This document shows, one piece after another, positions 1-13,308 of a stretch of DNA of 64,000 bases. The stretch's first letter is position 1, and each line of letters starts with the position of its first letter. Under the pieces are notes generated by a model. The model was not told the DNA's origin, did not search any database, and saw only the letters and a list, made by a program, of their open reading frames with translations. A program made the position numbers and the translations under genes. The DNA lies in contig OZ024743.1 of assembly GCA_964016885.1 (NCBI GenBank), positions 141,856,001 through 141,920,000 on the forward strand, in the 5' to 3' direction. Source of the DNA: Eledone cirrhosa (Eukaryota).

Positions 1-1289
1 TGGTGTTTGGTGCTTGGTGCCTGGTGCTTGGTGATTGGTGTTTGGTGCTTGGTGTTTGGTGCTTGGTGTTTGGTGCTTGGTGTTCGGTGCTTGGTGCTTG
101 GTGTTTGGTGTTTGCTGTTTGCTGTTTGGTGTTTGGTGTTTGCTGTTTGGTGTTTGCTCTGTGGTGTTTGGTGTTTGGTGCTTGCTGTTTGGTGCTTGGT
201 GCTTGGTGTTTGGTATTTGGTGCTTGGTGTTTGGTGCTTGGTGCTTGGTGCTGGGTGTTTGGTGCTTAGTGCTTGGTGTTTGGTGCTTGGTGCTTGGTGC
301 TTGGTGTTTGGTCCTTGGTGCTTGGTGCTTGGTCTTTGGTGCTTGGGTTTTGGTGTTTGGTGCTTGGTGCTTGGTGTTTGGTGCTTGGTGCTTGGTGCTT
401 GGTGTTTGGTGCTTGCTGCTTGGCGCTTGGTGTTTGGTGCTTGGTGCTTGGTGATTAGTGTTTGGTGATTGGTGCTTGGGGTTTGGTGTTTGGGGGCTTG
501 GTGTTTGGTGCGTGGTGCTTGCTGTTTGGTGTTTGGTGTTTGGTTCTTGGTGCTTGGTGTTTGGTGTTTGGTGCTTGGTGCTTGGTGTTTGGTGTTTGGT
601 GCTTGGTGCTTGGTGTTTGGTGCTTGGTTCTTGGTGCTTGGTGCTTGGTGTTTGGTATTTGGTGTTTGCTGTTTGGTGTTTGGTGCTTGGTGCTTGGTGC
701 TTGGAGCTTGGTGTTTGGTGTTTAGTGCTTGGTGCTTGGTATTTGGTGTTTGGTGCTTGGTGCTTGGTGTCTGGTGTTTGGTGCTTGGTGCTTGGTGCTT
801 GGAGCTTGGTGTTTGGTGTTTAGTGCTTGGTGCTTGGTATTTGGTGTTTGGTGCTTGGTGCTTGGTGTCTGGTGTTTGGTGCTTGGTGCTTGGTGTTTGG
901 TGATTGGTGTTTGGAGACTGGTGTTTGGTGCTTGGTGCTTGGTGCTTGGTGCCTGGGGCTTGTTGTTTGGTGTTTGGTGCTTGGTGCTTGGTGCTTGGTG
1001 TTTGATGTTTGGTCCGTGGTGCTTGTTGTTTGGTGTTTGGTGCTTGGTGCTTGGTGTTTGGTGTTTGGTGCTTGCTGCTTGCTGCCTGGTGTTTGGTGCT
1101 TGGTGATTGGTGCTTGGTGTTTTATGCTTGGTGCTTGGTGTTTGGTGCTAGGGGCTTGGTTCTTGATGCTTGGTGTTTGGTGCTTGGTGCTTGCTGTTTG
1201 GTGCTTGGTGCTTGGTGCTTGGTGTTTGGTGTATGGTGTTTGGTGCTTGGTGTTTGGTGCTTGGTGCTTGGTGCTGGGTGGTTGGTGTT

Positions 1290-4200
1290 TGGTGTTTGGT
1301 GCTTGGTGATTGGTGCTTATTGTTTGGTGCTTGGTGCTTGGTGCTTGGTGCTTGGTCTTTGATGCTTGGTGTTTGGTGTTTGGTGCTTGGTGCTTGGTGA
1401 TTAGTGTTTGGTGCTTGGTGCTTGGTGTTTTGTGCTTGGTGTTTGGTGCTTGGTGCTTGGTGTTTGGTGTTTGGTGCTTTGTGCTTGGGGCTTGGTGTTT
1501 GGTGCTTAGTGTTTGGTGCTTGGTGTTTGGTGCTTGGCGCTTGGTGCTTGGTGTTTGGTGTATGGTGTTTGGTGCTTGGTGTTTGGTGCTTGGTGCTTGG
1601 TGCTGTGTGGTTGGTGTTTGGTGTTTGGTGCTTGGTGATTGGTGCTTATTGTTTGGTGCTTGGTGCGTGGTGCTTGGTGCTTGGTCTTTGGTGCTTGGTG
1701 TTTGGTGTTTGGTGCTTGGTGCTTGGTGCTTGGTGATTAGTGTTTGGTGCTTGGTGCTTGGTGCCTGGTGCTTGGTGCTTGGTGCTTGTTGTTTGGTGCT
1801 TGGTGCTTGGTGATTAGTGTTTGGTGCTTGGTGCTTGGGGTTTGGTGTTTGGTGCTTGGTGTTTGGTGTTTGGTGCTTGGTGCTTGGTGTTTGGTGCTTG
1901 GTGCTTGGTGTTTGGTGCTTGGTGCTTTGTGTTTGGTGCTTGGTGTTTGGTGCTTGGTGCTTGGTGATTGGTGTTTGATGTTAGGTTCTTGGTGCTTGGT
2001 GTTTGGTGTTTGGTGCTTGGTGCTTGGTGTTTGGTGTTTGGTGCTTGCTGCTTGGTGCTTGGTGTTTTGTGTTTGGAGTTTGGTGCTTGGTGTTTGGTGC
2101 TTGGTGCTTGGTGTTTGGTGTTTGGTGTTTGGTGTTTGGTGATTGGTGCTTTGTGTTTGGTGCTTGGTGCTTGGTGCTTGGTTCTTGGTGTTAGGCGTTT
2201 GGTGCTTGCTGCTTGGTGCTTGGTGTTTTGTGTTTGGAGTTTGGTGCTTGGTGTTTGGTGCTTGGTGCTTGGTGTTTGGTGTTTGGTGTTTGGTGTTTGG
2301 TGTTTGGTGCTTGGTGCTTGGTGTTTGGTGCTTGGTGCTTGGTGTTTGGTGCTTGGTGCTTTGTGTTTGGTGCTTGGTGTTTGGTGCTTGTTGCTTGGTG
2401 ATTGGTGTTTGATGTTTGGTCCTTGGTGCTTGGTGTTTGGTATTTGGAGCTTGGTGCTTGGTGTTTGGTGTTTGGTGCTTGCTGCTTGCTGCTTGGTGTT
2501 TGGTGCTAGGGACTTGGTGCTTGGTGCTTGGTGTTTGGTGCTTGGTGTTTGGTGTTTGGTGCTTGGTGCGTGGGACTTGGTGTTTGGTGCTTGGTGTTTG
2601 GTGCTTGGTGTTTGGTGCTTGGTGCCTGGTGCTTGGTGTTTGGTGTTTGGTGCTTGGTGTTTGGTGCTTGGTGCTTGGTATTTGGTGTTTGGTGCTTGGT
2701 GCTTGGTGTTTGATGTTTGGTCCTTGGTGCTTGGTGTTTGGTGCTTGGTGTTTGGTGCTTGGTGCTTGGTGCTTGGTGTTTGGCGTTTGCTGTTTGCTGT
2801 TTGGTGTTTGGTGTTTGCTGTTTGGTGTTTGCTGTTTGGTGTTTGGTGTTTGGTGCTTGGTGCTTGGTGTTTGGTGCTTGGTGCTTGGTGCTTGGTGTTT
2901 GGTCCTTGGTGCTTGGTGCTTGGTCTTTGGTGCTTGGGTTTTGGTGTTTGGTGCTTGGTGCTTGGTGTTTGGTGCTTGGTGCTTGGTGCTTGGTGCTTGG
3001 TGTTTGGTGCTTGCTGCTTGGTGCTTGGTGTTTGGTGTTTGGTGCTTGGTGAGTAGTGTTTGGTGATTGGTGCTTGGGGTTTGGTGTTTGGGGCTTGGTG
3101 TTTGGTGCTTAGTGCTTGCTGTTTGGTGTTTGGTGTTTGGTTCTTGGTGCTTGGTGTTTTGGTGTTTGGTGTTTGGTGCTTGGTGCTTGGTGCCTGGTGT
3201 TTGGTGCTTGGTGCTTGGTGCTTGGTGTTTGGTGCTGCGTGCTTGGTGTTTGGTGTTTGGTGCTTGGTGCCTGGTGCTTGTTGTTTGGTGTTTGGTGCTT
3301 AGTGCATGGTGTTTGGTGTTTGGTGCTTGGTGCTTGGTGGCTGGTGCTTGGTGCTTGGTGTTTGGAGTTTGGTGCTTGGTGCTTGGTGCCTGGTGTTTCG
3401 TGCTTGGTGCTTGGTGCTTGGTGTTTGGTGTTTGGTGCTTGGTGTTTGGTGTTTGGAACTTGGTGCTTGGTGCTTGGTGCTTGGTGTTTGGTGCTTGGTG
3501 TTTGATGCTGCGTGCTTGGTGTTTGGTGTTTGGTTCTTGGTGCTTGGTGTTTGGTGTTTGGAGCTTGGTGCCTGCTGCTTGTTGTTTGGTGTTTGGTGCT
3601 TGATGTTTGGTGTTTGTTGCTTGGTGCTTGGTGCTTGGTGTTTGGTGTTTGGTGCTTGGTGCTTGGTGTTTGGAGCTTGGTGTTTGGTGTTTGGTGTTTG
3701 ATGCTTGGTGTTTGCTGCTTGGTGCTTGGTGCTTGGTGTTTTGTGTTTGGTGCTTTGTGCTTGGTGCCTGGTGCTTGGTGCTTGGTGCTTGTTGTTTGGT
3801 GCTTGGTGCTTGGTGATTAGTGTTTGGAGCTTGGTGTTTGGTGTTTGGTGTTTGGTGCTTGGTGTTTGGTGCTTGGTATTTGATGCTGCCTGCTTGGTGT
3901 TTGGTGTTTGGTGCTTGGTGCTTGGTGTTTGGCGTTTGGAGCGCGGTGCCTGGTGCTTGTTGTTTGGTGTTTGGCGCTTGGTGCTTGGTGTTTGGTGTTT
4001 GGTGCTTGGTGCTTGGTGCTTGGTATCTGGTGTTTGGTGCTTGATGTTTGGTGTTTGGTGCTTGGTGTTTTGTGTTTGGTGATTGGTGCTTGGTGCCTGG
4101 TGCTTGGTGCTTGGTGCTTGTTGTTTGGTGCTTGGTGCTTGGTGATTAGTGTTTGGTGCTTGGTGCTTGCGGTTTGGTGTTTGGTGCTTGCGGTTTGGTG

Positions 4201-7200
4201 CTTGGTGCTTGGTGCTTGGTGTTTGGTGCTTGGTGCTTGGTGTTTGTTGCTTGGTGCTTGGTGTTTGGTGTTTGGTGTTTGCTGTTTGCTGTTTGCTGTT
4301 TGGTGCTTGCTGTTTGGTGCTTGGTGCTTGGTGTTTGGTGTTTGGTGTTTTGTGCTTGGTGCTTGGTGTTTGGTGCTTGGTGCTTGGTGCTGGGTGTTTG
4401 GTGCTTGGTGCTTGGTGTTTGGTGCTTGGTGCTTGGTGCTTGGTGTTTGGTCCTTGGTGCTTGGTGCTTATTGTTTGGTGCTTGGTGCTTGGTGCTTGGT
4501 GCTTGGTGCTTGGTCTTTGATGCTTGGTGTTTGGTGTTTGGTGCTTGGTGCCTGGTGCTTGGTGATTAGTGTTTGGTGCTTGGTGCTTGGTGTTTTGTGC
4601 TTGGTGTTTGGTGCTTGGTGCTTGGTGTTTGGTGTTTGGTGCTTGGTGCTTGGGGCTTGGTGTTTGGTGCTTAGTGTTTGGTGCTTGGTGTTTGGTGCTA
4701 GGCGCTTGGTGCTTGGTGTTTGGTGTATGGTGTTTGGTGCTTGGTGTTTGGTGCTTGGTGCTTGGTGCTGGGTGGTTGGTGTATGGTGTTTGGTGCTTGG
4801 TGATTGGTGCTTATTGTTTGGTGCTTGGTGCTTGGTGCTTGGTGCTTGGTCTTTGGTGCTTGGTATTTGGTGTTTGGTGCTTGGTGCTTGGTGCTTGGTG
4901 ATTAGTGTTTGGTGCTTGGTGCTTGGTGCCTGGTGCTTGGTGCTTGGTGCTTGTTGTTTGGTGCTTGGTGCTTGGTGATTAGTGTTTGGTGCTTGGTGCT
5001 TGGGGTTTGGTGTTTGGTGCTTGGTGTTTGGTGTTTGGTGCTTGGTGCTTGGTGTTTGGTGCTTGGTGCTTGGTGTTTGGTGCTTGGTGCTTTGTGTTTG
5101 GTGCTTGGTGTTTGGTGCTTGGTGCTTGGTGCTTGGTGCTTGGTGTTAGGTGTTTGGTGCTTGGTGATTGGTGTTTTATATTAGGTTCTTGGTGCTTGGT
5201 GTTTGGTGTTTGGTGCTTGGTGCTTGGTGTTTGGTGTTTGGTGCTTGCTGCTTGGTGCTTGGTGTTTTGTGTTTGGAGTTTGGTGCTTGGTGTTTGGTGC
5301 TTGGTGCTTGGTGTTTGGTGTTTGGTGTTTGGTGTTTGGTGATTGGTGCTTTGTCTTTGGTGCTTGGTGCTTGGTGCTTGGTTCTTGGTGTTAGGCGTTT
5401 GCTGCTTGGTGCTTGGTGTTTGATGTTTGGTCCTTGGTGCTTGCTGTTTGGTATTTGGAGCTTGGTGCTTGGTGTTTGGTGTTTGGTGCTTGCTGCTTGC
5501 TGCTTGGTGTTTGGTGCTAGGGACTTGGTGCTTGGTGCTTGGTTTTTGGTGCTTGGTGTTTGGTGTTTGGTGCTTGGTGCGTGGGACTTGGTGTTTGGTG
5601 CTTGGTTCTTGGTGCTTGGTGTTTGGTGTTTGGTGCTTGGTGCTTGGTGCTTGGTGTTTGGTGCTTGGTGCTTGGTGATTAGTGTTTGGTGATTGGTGCT
5701 TGGGGTTTGGTGTTTGGTGCTTGGTGTTTGGTGCTTGGTGCTTGCTGTTTGGTGTTTGGTGTTTGGTTCTTGGTGCTTGGTGTTTGGTGTTTGGTGCTTG
5801 GTGCTTGGTGATTGGTGTTTGGTGCTTGGTGCTTGGTGCTTGGTGTTTGGTGCTGCGTGCTTGGTGTTTGGTGTTTGGTGCTTGGTGCCTGGGGCTTGTT
5901 GTTTGGTGTTTGGTGCTTGGTGCTTGGTGTTTGGTGTTTGGTGCTTGCTGCTTGCTGCTTGGTGTTTGGTGCTTGGTGATTGGTGCTTGGTGTTTTATGC
6001 TTGGTGCTTGGTGTTTGGTGCTAGGGGCTTGGTGCTTGATGCTTGGTGTTTGGTGCTTGGTGCTTGCTGTTTGGTGCTTGGTGCTTGGTCCTTGGTCTTT
6101 GGTGTATGGTGTTTGGTGCTTGGTGTTTGGTGCTTGGTGCTTGGTGCTGGGTGGTTGGTGTTTGGTGTTTGGTGCTTGGTGATTGGTGCTTATTGTTTGG
6201 TGCTTGGTGCTTGGTGCTTGGTCTTTGATGCTTGGTGTTTGGTGTTTGGTGCTTGGTGCTTGGTGCTTGGTGATTAGTGTTTGGTGCTTGGTGCTTGGTG
6301 TTTTGTGCTTGGTGTTTGGTGCTTGGTGCTTGGTGTTTGGTGTTTGGTGCTTGGTGCTTGGGGCTTGGTGTTTGGTGCTTAGTGTTTGGTGCTTGGTGTT
6401 TGGTGCTTGGCGCTTGGTGCTTGGTGTTTGGTGTATGGTGTTTGGTGCTTGGTGTTTGGTGGTTGGTGCTTGGTGCTGGGTGGTTGGTGTTTGGTGTTTG
6501 GTGCTTGGTGATTGGTGCTTATTGTTTGGTGCTTGGTGCTTGGTGCTTGGTGCTTGGTCTTTGGTGCTTGGTGTTTGGTGTTTGGTGCTTGGTGCTTGGA
6601 GCTTGGTGATTAGTGTTTGGTGCTTGGTGCTTGGTGCCTGGTGCTTGGTGCTTGGTGCTTGTTGTTTGGTGCTTGGTGCTTGGTGATTAGTGTTTGGTGC
6701 TTGGTGCTTGGGGTTTGGTGTTTGGTGCTTGGTGTTTGGTGTTTGGTGCTTGGTGCTTGGTGTTTGGTGCTTGGTGCTTGGTGTTTGGTGCTTGGTGCTT
6801 TGTGTTTGGTGCTTGGTGTTTGGTGCTTGGTGCTTGGTGCTTGGTGCTGGGTGGTTGGTGTTTGGTGTTTGGTGCTTGGTGATTGGTGCTTATTGTTTGG
6901 TGCTTGGTGCTTGGTGCTTGGTGCTTGGTCTTTGATGCTTGGTGTTTGGTGTTTGGTGCTTGGTGCTTGGTGATTAGTGTTTGGTGCTTGGTGCTTGGTG
7001 TTTTGTGCTTGGTGTTTGGTGCTTGGTGCTTGGTGTTTGGTGTTTGGTGCTTGGTGCTTGGGGCTTGGTGTTTGGTGCTTAGTGTTTGGTGCTTGGTGTT
7101 TGGTGCTTGGCGCTTGGTGCTTGGTGTTTGGTGTATGGTGTTTGGTGCTTGGTTTTTGGTGCTTGGTGCTTGGTGCTGGGTGGTTGGTGTTTGGTGTTTG

Positions 7201-10200
7201 GTGCTTGGTGATTGGTGCTTATTGTTTGGTGCTTGGTGCGTGGTGCTTGGTGCTTGGTCTTTGGTGCTTGGTGTTTGGTGTTTGGTGCTTGGTGCTTGGT
7301 GCTTGGTGATTAGTGTTTGGTGCTTGGTGCTTGGTGCCTGGTACTTGGTGCTTGGTGCTTGTTGTTTGGTGCTTGGTGCTTGGTGATTAGTGTTTGGTGC
7401 TTGGTGCTTGGGGTTTGGTGTTTGGTGCTTGGTGTTTGGTGTTTGGTGCTTGGTGCTTGGTGTTTGGTGCTTGGTGCTTGGTGTTTGGTGCTTGGTGCTT
7501 TGTGTTTGGTGCTTGGTGTTTGGTGCTTGGTGCTTGGTGATTGGTGTTTGATGTTAGGTTCTTGGTGCTTGGTGTTTGGTGTTTGGTGCTTGGTGCTTGG
7601 TGTTTGGTGTTTGGTGCTTGCTGCTTGGTGCTTGGTGTTTTGTGTTTGGAGTTTGGTGCTTGGTGTTTGGTGCTTGGTGCTTGGTGTTTGGTGTTTGGTG
7701 TTTGGTGTTTGGTGATTGGTGCTTTGTGTTAGGCGTTTGGTGCTTGGTGCTTGGTGTTTGATGTTTGGTCCTTGGTGCTTGGTGTTTGGTATTTGGAGCT
7801 TGGTGCTTGGTGTTTGGTGTTTGGTGCTTGCTGCTTGCTGCTTGGTGTTTGGTGCTAGGGACTTGGTGCTTGGTGCTTGGTGTTTGGTGCTTGGTGTTTG
7901 GTGTTTGGTGCTTGGTGCGTGGGACTTGGTGTTTGGTGCTTGGTGTTTGGTGCTTGGTGTTTGGTGCTTGGTGCCTGGTGCTTGGTGTTTGGTGTTTGGT
8001 GCTTGGTGTTTGGTGCTTGGTGCTTGGTATCTGGTGTTTGGTGCTTGGTGCTTGGTGTTTGATGTTTGGTCCTTGGTGCTTGGTGTTTGGTGCTTGGTGT
8101 TTGGTGCTTGGTGCTTGGTGCTTGGTGTTTGGCGTTTGCTGTTTGCTGTTTGGTGTTTGGTGTTTGCTGTTTGGTGTTTGCTGTTTGGTGTTTGGTGTTT
8201 GGTGCTTGGTGCTTGGTGTTTGGTGCTTGGTGCTTGGTGCTTGGTGTTTGGTCCTTGGTGCTTGGTGCTTGGTCTTTGGTGCTTGGGTTTTGGTGTTTGG
8301 TGCTTGGTGCTTGGTGTTTGGTGCTTGGTGCTTGGTGCTTGGTGCTTGGTGTTTGGTGCTTGCTGCTTGGTGCTTGGTGTTTGGTGCTTGGTGCTTGGTG
8401 AGTAGTGTTTGGTGATTGGTGCTTGGGGTTTGGTGTTTGGGGCTTGGTGTTTTGTACTTAGTGCTTGCTGTTTGGTGTTTGGTGTTTGGTTCTTGGTGCT
8501 TGGTGTTTGGTGTTTGGTGTTTGGTGCTTGGTGCTTGGTGCTTGGTGTTTGGTGCTTGGTGCTTGGTGCTTGGTGTTTGGTGCTGCGTGCTTGGTGTTTG
8601 GTGTTTGGTGCTTGGTGCCTGGTGCTTGTTGTTTGGTGGTTGGTGCTTAGTGCATGGTGTTTGGTGTTTGGTGCTTGGTGCTTGGTGGCTGGTGCTTGGT
8701 GCTTGGTGTTTGGAGTTTGGTGCTTGGTGCTTGGTGCCTGGTGTTTCGTGCTTGGTGCTTGGTGCTTGGTGTTTGGTGTTTGGTGCTTGGTGTTTGGTGT
8801 TTGGAACTTGGTGCTTGGTGCTTGGTGCTTGGTGTTTGGTGCTTGGTGTTTGATGCTGCGTGCTTGGTGTTTGGTGTTTGGTTCTTGGTGCTTGGTGTTT
8901 GGTGTTTGGAGCTTGGTGCCTGCTGCTTGTTGTTTGGTGTTTGGTGCTTGATGTTTGGTGTTTGTTGCTTGGTGCTTGGTGCTTGGTGTTTGGTGTTTTG
9001 TGCTTGGTGCTTGGTGTTTGGAGCTTGGTGTTTGGTGTTTGGTGTTTGATGCTTGGTGTTTGCTGCTTGGTGCTTGGTGCTTGGTGTTTTGTGTTTGGTG
9101 CTTGGTGCTTGGTGCCTGGTGCTTGGTGCTTGGTGCTTGTTGTTTGGTGCTTGGTGCTTGGTGATTAGTGTTTGGAGCTTGGTGTTTGGTGTTTGGTGTT
9201 TGGTGCTTGGTGTTTGGTGCTTGGTATTTGATGCTGCCTGCTTGGTGTTTGGTGCTTGGTGCTTGGTGCTTGGTGTTTGGCGTTTGGAGCGCGGTGCCTG
9301 GTGCTTGTTGTTTGGTGTTTGGCGCTTGGTGCTTGGTGTTTGGTGTTTGGTGCTTGGTGCTTGGTGCTTGGTATCTGGTGTTTGGTGCTTGATGTTTGGT
9401 GTTTGGTGCTTGGTGTTTTGTGTTTGGTGATTGGTGCTTGGTGCCTGGTGCTTGGTGCTTGGTGCTTGTTGTTTGGTACTTGGTGCTTGGTGATTAGTGT
9501 TTGGTGCTTGGTGCTTGCGGTTTGGTGTTTGGTGCTTGGGGTTTGGTGCTTGGTGCTTGGTGCTTGGTGTTTGGTGCTTGGTGCTTGGTGTTTGTTGCTT
9601 GGTGCTTGGTGTTTGGTGTTTGGTGTTTGCTGTTTGCTGTTTGCTGTTTGGTGCTTGCTGTTTGGTGCTTGGTGCTTGGTGTTTGGTGTTTGGTGTTTTG
9701 TGCTTGGTGCTTGGTGTTTGGTGCTTGGTGCTTGGTGCTGGGTGTTTGGTGCTTGGTGCTTGGTGTTTGGTGCTTGGTGCTTGGTGCTTGGTGTTTGGTC
9801 CTTGGTGCTTGGTGCTTATCGTTTGGTGCTTGGTGCTTGGTGCTTGGTGCTTGGTCTTTGATGCTTGGTGTTTGGTGTTTGGTGCTTGGTGCCTGGTGCT
9901 TGGTGATTAGTGTTTGGTGCTTGGTGCTTGGTGTTTTGTGCTTGGTGTTTGGTGCTTGGTGCTTGGTGTTTGGTGTTTGGTGCTTGGTGCTTGGGGCTTG
10001 GTGTTTGGTGCTTAGTGTTTGGTGCTTGGTGTTTGGTGCTAGGCGCTTGGTGCTTGGTGTTTGGTGTATGGTGTTTGGTGCTTGGTGTTTGGTGCTTGGT
10101 GCTTGGTGCTGGGTGGTTGGTGTATGGTGTTTGGTGCTTGGTGATTGGTGCTTATTGTTTGGTGCTTGGTGCTTGGTGCTTGGTGCTTGGTCTTTGGTGC

Positions 10201-12200
10201 TTGGTGTTTGGTGTTTGGTGCTTGGTGCTTGGTGCTTGGTGATTAGTGTTTGGTGCTTGGTGCTTGGTGCCTGGTGCTTGGTGCTTGGTGCTTGTTGTTT
10301 GGTGCTTGGTGCTTGGTGATTAGTGTTTGGTGCTTGGTGCTTGGGGTTTGGTGTTTGGTGCTTGGTGTTTGGTGTTTGGTGCTTGGTGCTTGGTGTTTGG
10401 TGCTTGGTGCTTGGTGTTTGGTGCTTGGTGCTTTGTGTTTGGTGCTTGGTGTTTGGTGCTTGGTGCTTGGTGCTTGGTGCTTGGTGTTAGGTGTTTGGTG
10501 CTTGGTGATTGGTGTTTGATGTTAGGTTCTTGGTGCTTGGTGTTTGGTGTTTGGTGCTTGGTGCTTGGTGTTTGGTGTTTGGTGCTTGCTGCTTGGTGCT
10601 TGGTGTTTTGTGTTTGGAGTTTGGTGCTTGGTGTTTGGTGCTTGGTGCTTGGTGTTTGGTGTTTGGTGTTTGGTGTTTGGTGATTGGTGCTTTGTCTTTG
10701 GTGCTTGGTGCTTGGTGCTTGGTTCTTGGTGTTAGGCGTTTGGTGCTTGGTGCTTGGTGTTTGATGTTTGGTCCTTGGTGCTTGGTGTTTGGTATTTGGA
10801 GCTTGGTGCTTGGTGTTTGGTGTTTGGTGCTTGCTGCTTGCTGCTTGGTGTTTGGTGCTAGGGACTTGGTGCTTGGTGCTTGGTGTTTGGTGCTTGGTGT
10901 TTGGTGTTTGGTGCTTGGTGCGTGGGACTTGGTGTTTGGTGCTTGGTTCTTGGTGCTTGGTGTTTGGTGTTTGGTGCTTGGTGCTTGGTGCTTGGTGTTT
11001 GGTGCTTGTTGCTTGGTGATTAGTGTTTGGTGATTGGTGCTTGGGGTTTGGTGTTTGGTGCTTGGTGTTTGGTGCTTGGTGCTTGCTGTTTGGTGTTTGG
11101 TGTTTGGTTCTTGGTGCTTGGTGTTTGGTGTTTGGTGCTTGGTGCTTGGTGATTGGTGTTTGGTGCTTGGTGCTTGGTGCTTGGTGTTTGGTGCTGCGTG
11201 CTTGGTGTTTGGTGTTTGGTGCTTGGTGCCTGGGGCTTGTTGTTTGGTGTTTGGTGCTTGGTGCTTGGTGTTTGGTGTTTGGTGCTTGCTGCTTGCTGCT
11301 TGGTGTTTGGTGCTTGGTGATTGGTGCTTGGTGTTTTATGCTTGGTGCTTGGTGTTTGGTGCTAGGGGCTTGGTGCTTGATGCTTGGTGTTTGGTGCTTG
11401 GTGCTTGCTGTTTGGTGCTTGGTGCTTGGTGCTTGGTGTTTGGTGTATGGTGTTTGGTGCTTGGTGTTTGGTGCTTGGTGCTTGGTGCTGGGTGGTTGGT
11501 GTTTGGTGTTTGGTGCTTGGTGATTGGTGCTTATTGTTTGGTGCTTGGTGCTTGGTGCTTGGTCTTTGATGCTTGGTGTTTGGTGTTTGGTGCTTGGTGC
11601 TTGGTGCTTGGTGATTAGTGTTTGGTGCTTGGTGCTTGGTGTTTTGTGCTTGGTGTTTGGTGCTTGGTGCTTGGTGTTTGGTGTTTGGTGCTTGGTGCTT
11701 GGGGCTTGGTGTTTGGTGCTTAGTGTTTGGTGCTTGGTGTTTGGTGCTTGGCGCTTGGTGCTTGGTGTTTGGTGTATGGTGTTTGGTGCTTGGTGTTTGG
11801 TGGTTGGTGCTTGGTGCTGGGTGGTTGGTGTTTGGTGTTTGGTGCTTGGTGATTGGTGCTTATTGTTTGGTGCTTGGTGCTTGGTGCTTGGTGCTTGGTC
11901 TTTGGTGCTTGGTGTTTGGTGTTTGGTGCTTGGTGCTTGGAGCTTGGTGATTAGTGTTTGGTGCTTGGTGCTTGGTGCCTGGTGCTTGGTGCTTGGTGCT
12001 TGTTGTTTGGTGCTTGGTGCTTGGTGATTAGTGTTTGGTGCTTGGTGCTTGGGGTTTGGTGTTTGGTGCTTGGTGTTTGGTGTTTGGTGCTTGGTGCTTG
12101 GTGTTTGGTGCTTGGTGCTTGGTGTTTGGTGCTTGGTGCTTTGTGTTTGGTGCTTGGTGTTTGGTGCTTGGTGCTTGGTGCTTGGTGCTTGGTGTTAGGT
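1290..12200. repeat. Tandem higher-order duplication of about 5.35 kb (copy 1 ~1.3-6.85 kb, copy 2 ~6.85-12.2 kb)
   Basis: Matching variant strings and ORF-track entries at near-constant offsets: 1310/6883 (5573), 2416/7765 (5349), 3306/8654 and 3908/9256 (5348), 4569/9910, 5682/11023 and 6617/11958 (5341 = 763 units). Confidence 0.9.
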
Positions 12201-13308
12201 GTTTGGTGCTTGGTGTTTGATGTTAGGTTCTTGGTGCTTGGTGTTTGGTGTTTGGTGCTTGGTGCTTGGTGTTTGGTGTTTGGTGCTTGCTGCGTGGTGC
12301 TTGGTATTTTGTGTTTGGAGTTTGGTGCTTGGTGTTTGGTGCTTGGTGCTTGGTGTTTGGTGTTTGGTGTTGGGTGTTTGGTGATTGGTGCTTTGTGTTT
12401 GGTGCTTGGTGCTTGGTGCTTGGTTCTTGGTGTTAGGTGTTTGGTGCTTGGTGCTTGGTGTTTGATGTTTGGTCCTTGGTGCTTGGTGTTTGGTATTTGG
12501 AGCTTGGTGCTTGGTGTTTGGTGTTTGGTGCTTGCTGCTTGCTGCTTGGTGTTTGGTGATAGGGACTTGGTGCTTGGTGCTTGGTGTTTGGTGCTTGGTG
12601 CTTGGTGTCTGGTGCTTGGTGCGTGGGACTTGGTGTTTGGTGCTTGGTGTTTGGTGCTTGGTGTTTGGTGCTTGGTGCCTGGTGCTTGGTGTTTGGTGTT
12701 TGGTGCTTGGTGTTTGGTGCTTGGTGTTTGGTACTTGGTGTTCGGTGCTTGGTGCTTGGTGCTTTGTGCTTGGTGTTTGGTGTTTGGTGCTTGGTGCTTG
12801 GTGTTTGATGTTTGGTCCTTGGTGCTTGGTGTTTGGTGTTGTGTGCTTGGTGCTTGGTGCTTGGTGTTTGGCGTTTGCTGTTTGCTGTTTGGTGTTTGGT
12901 GTTTGCTGTTTGGTGTTTGCTGTTTGGTGTTTGGTGTTTGGTGCTTGGTGCTTGGTGTTTGGTGCTTGGTGCTTGGTGCTTGGTGTTTGGTCCTTGGTGC
13001 TTGGTGCTTGGTCTTTGGTGCTTGGGTTTTGGTGTTTGGTGCTTGGTGCTTGGTGTTTGGTGCTTGGTGCTTGGTGCTTGGTGCTTGGTGGTTGGTGCTT
13101 GCTGCTTGGTGCTTGGTGTTTGGTGCTTGGTGCTTGGTGATTAGTGTTTGGTGCTTGGTGCTTCGGGTTTGGTGTTTGGGGCTTGGTGTTTGGTGCTTGG
13201 TGCTTGCTGTTTGGTGATTGGTGTTTGGTTCTTGGTGCTTGGTGTTTGGTGTTTGGTGTTTGGTGCTTGGTGCTTGGTGCTTGGTGTTTGGTGCTTGGTG
13301 CTTGGTGC

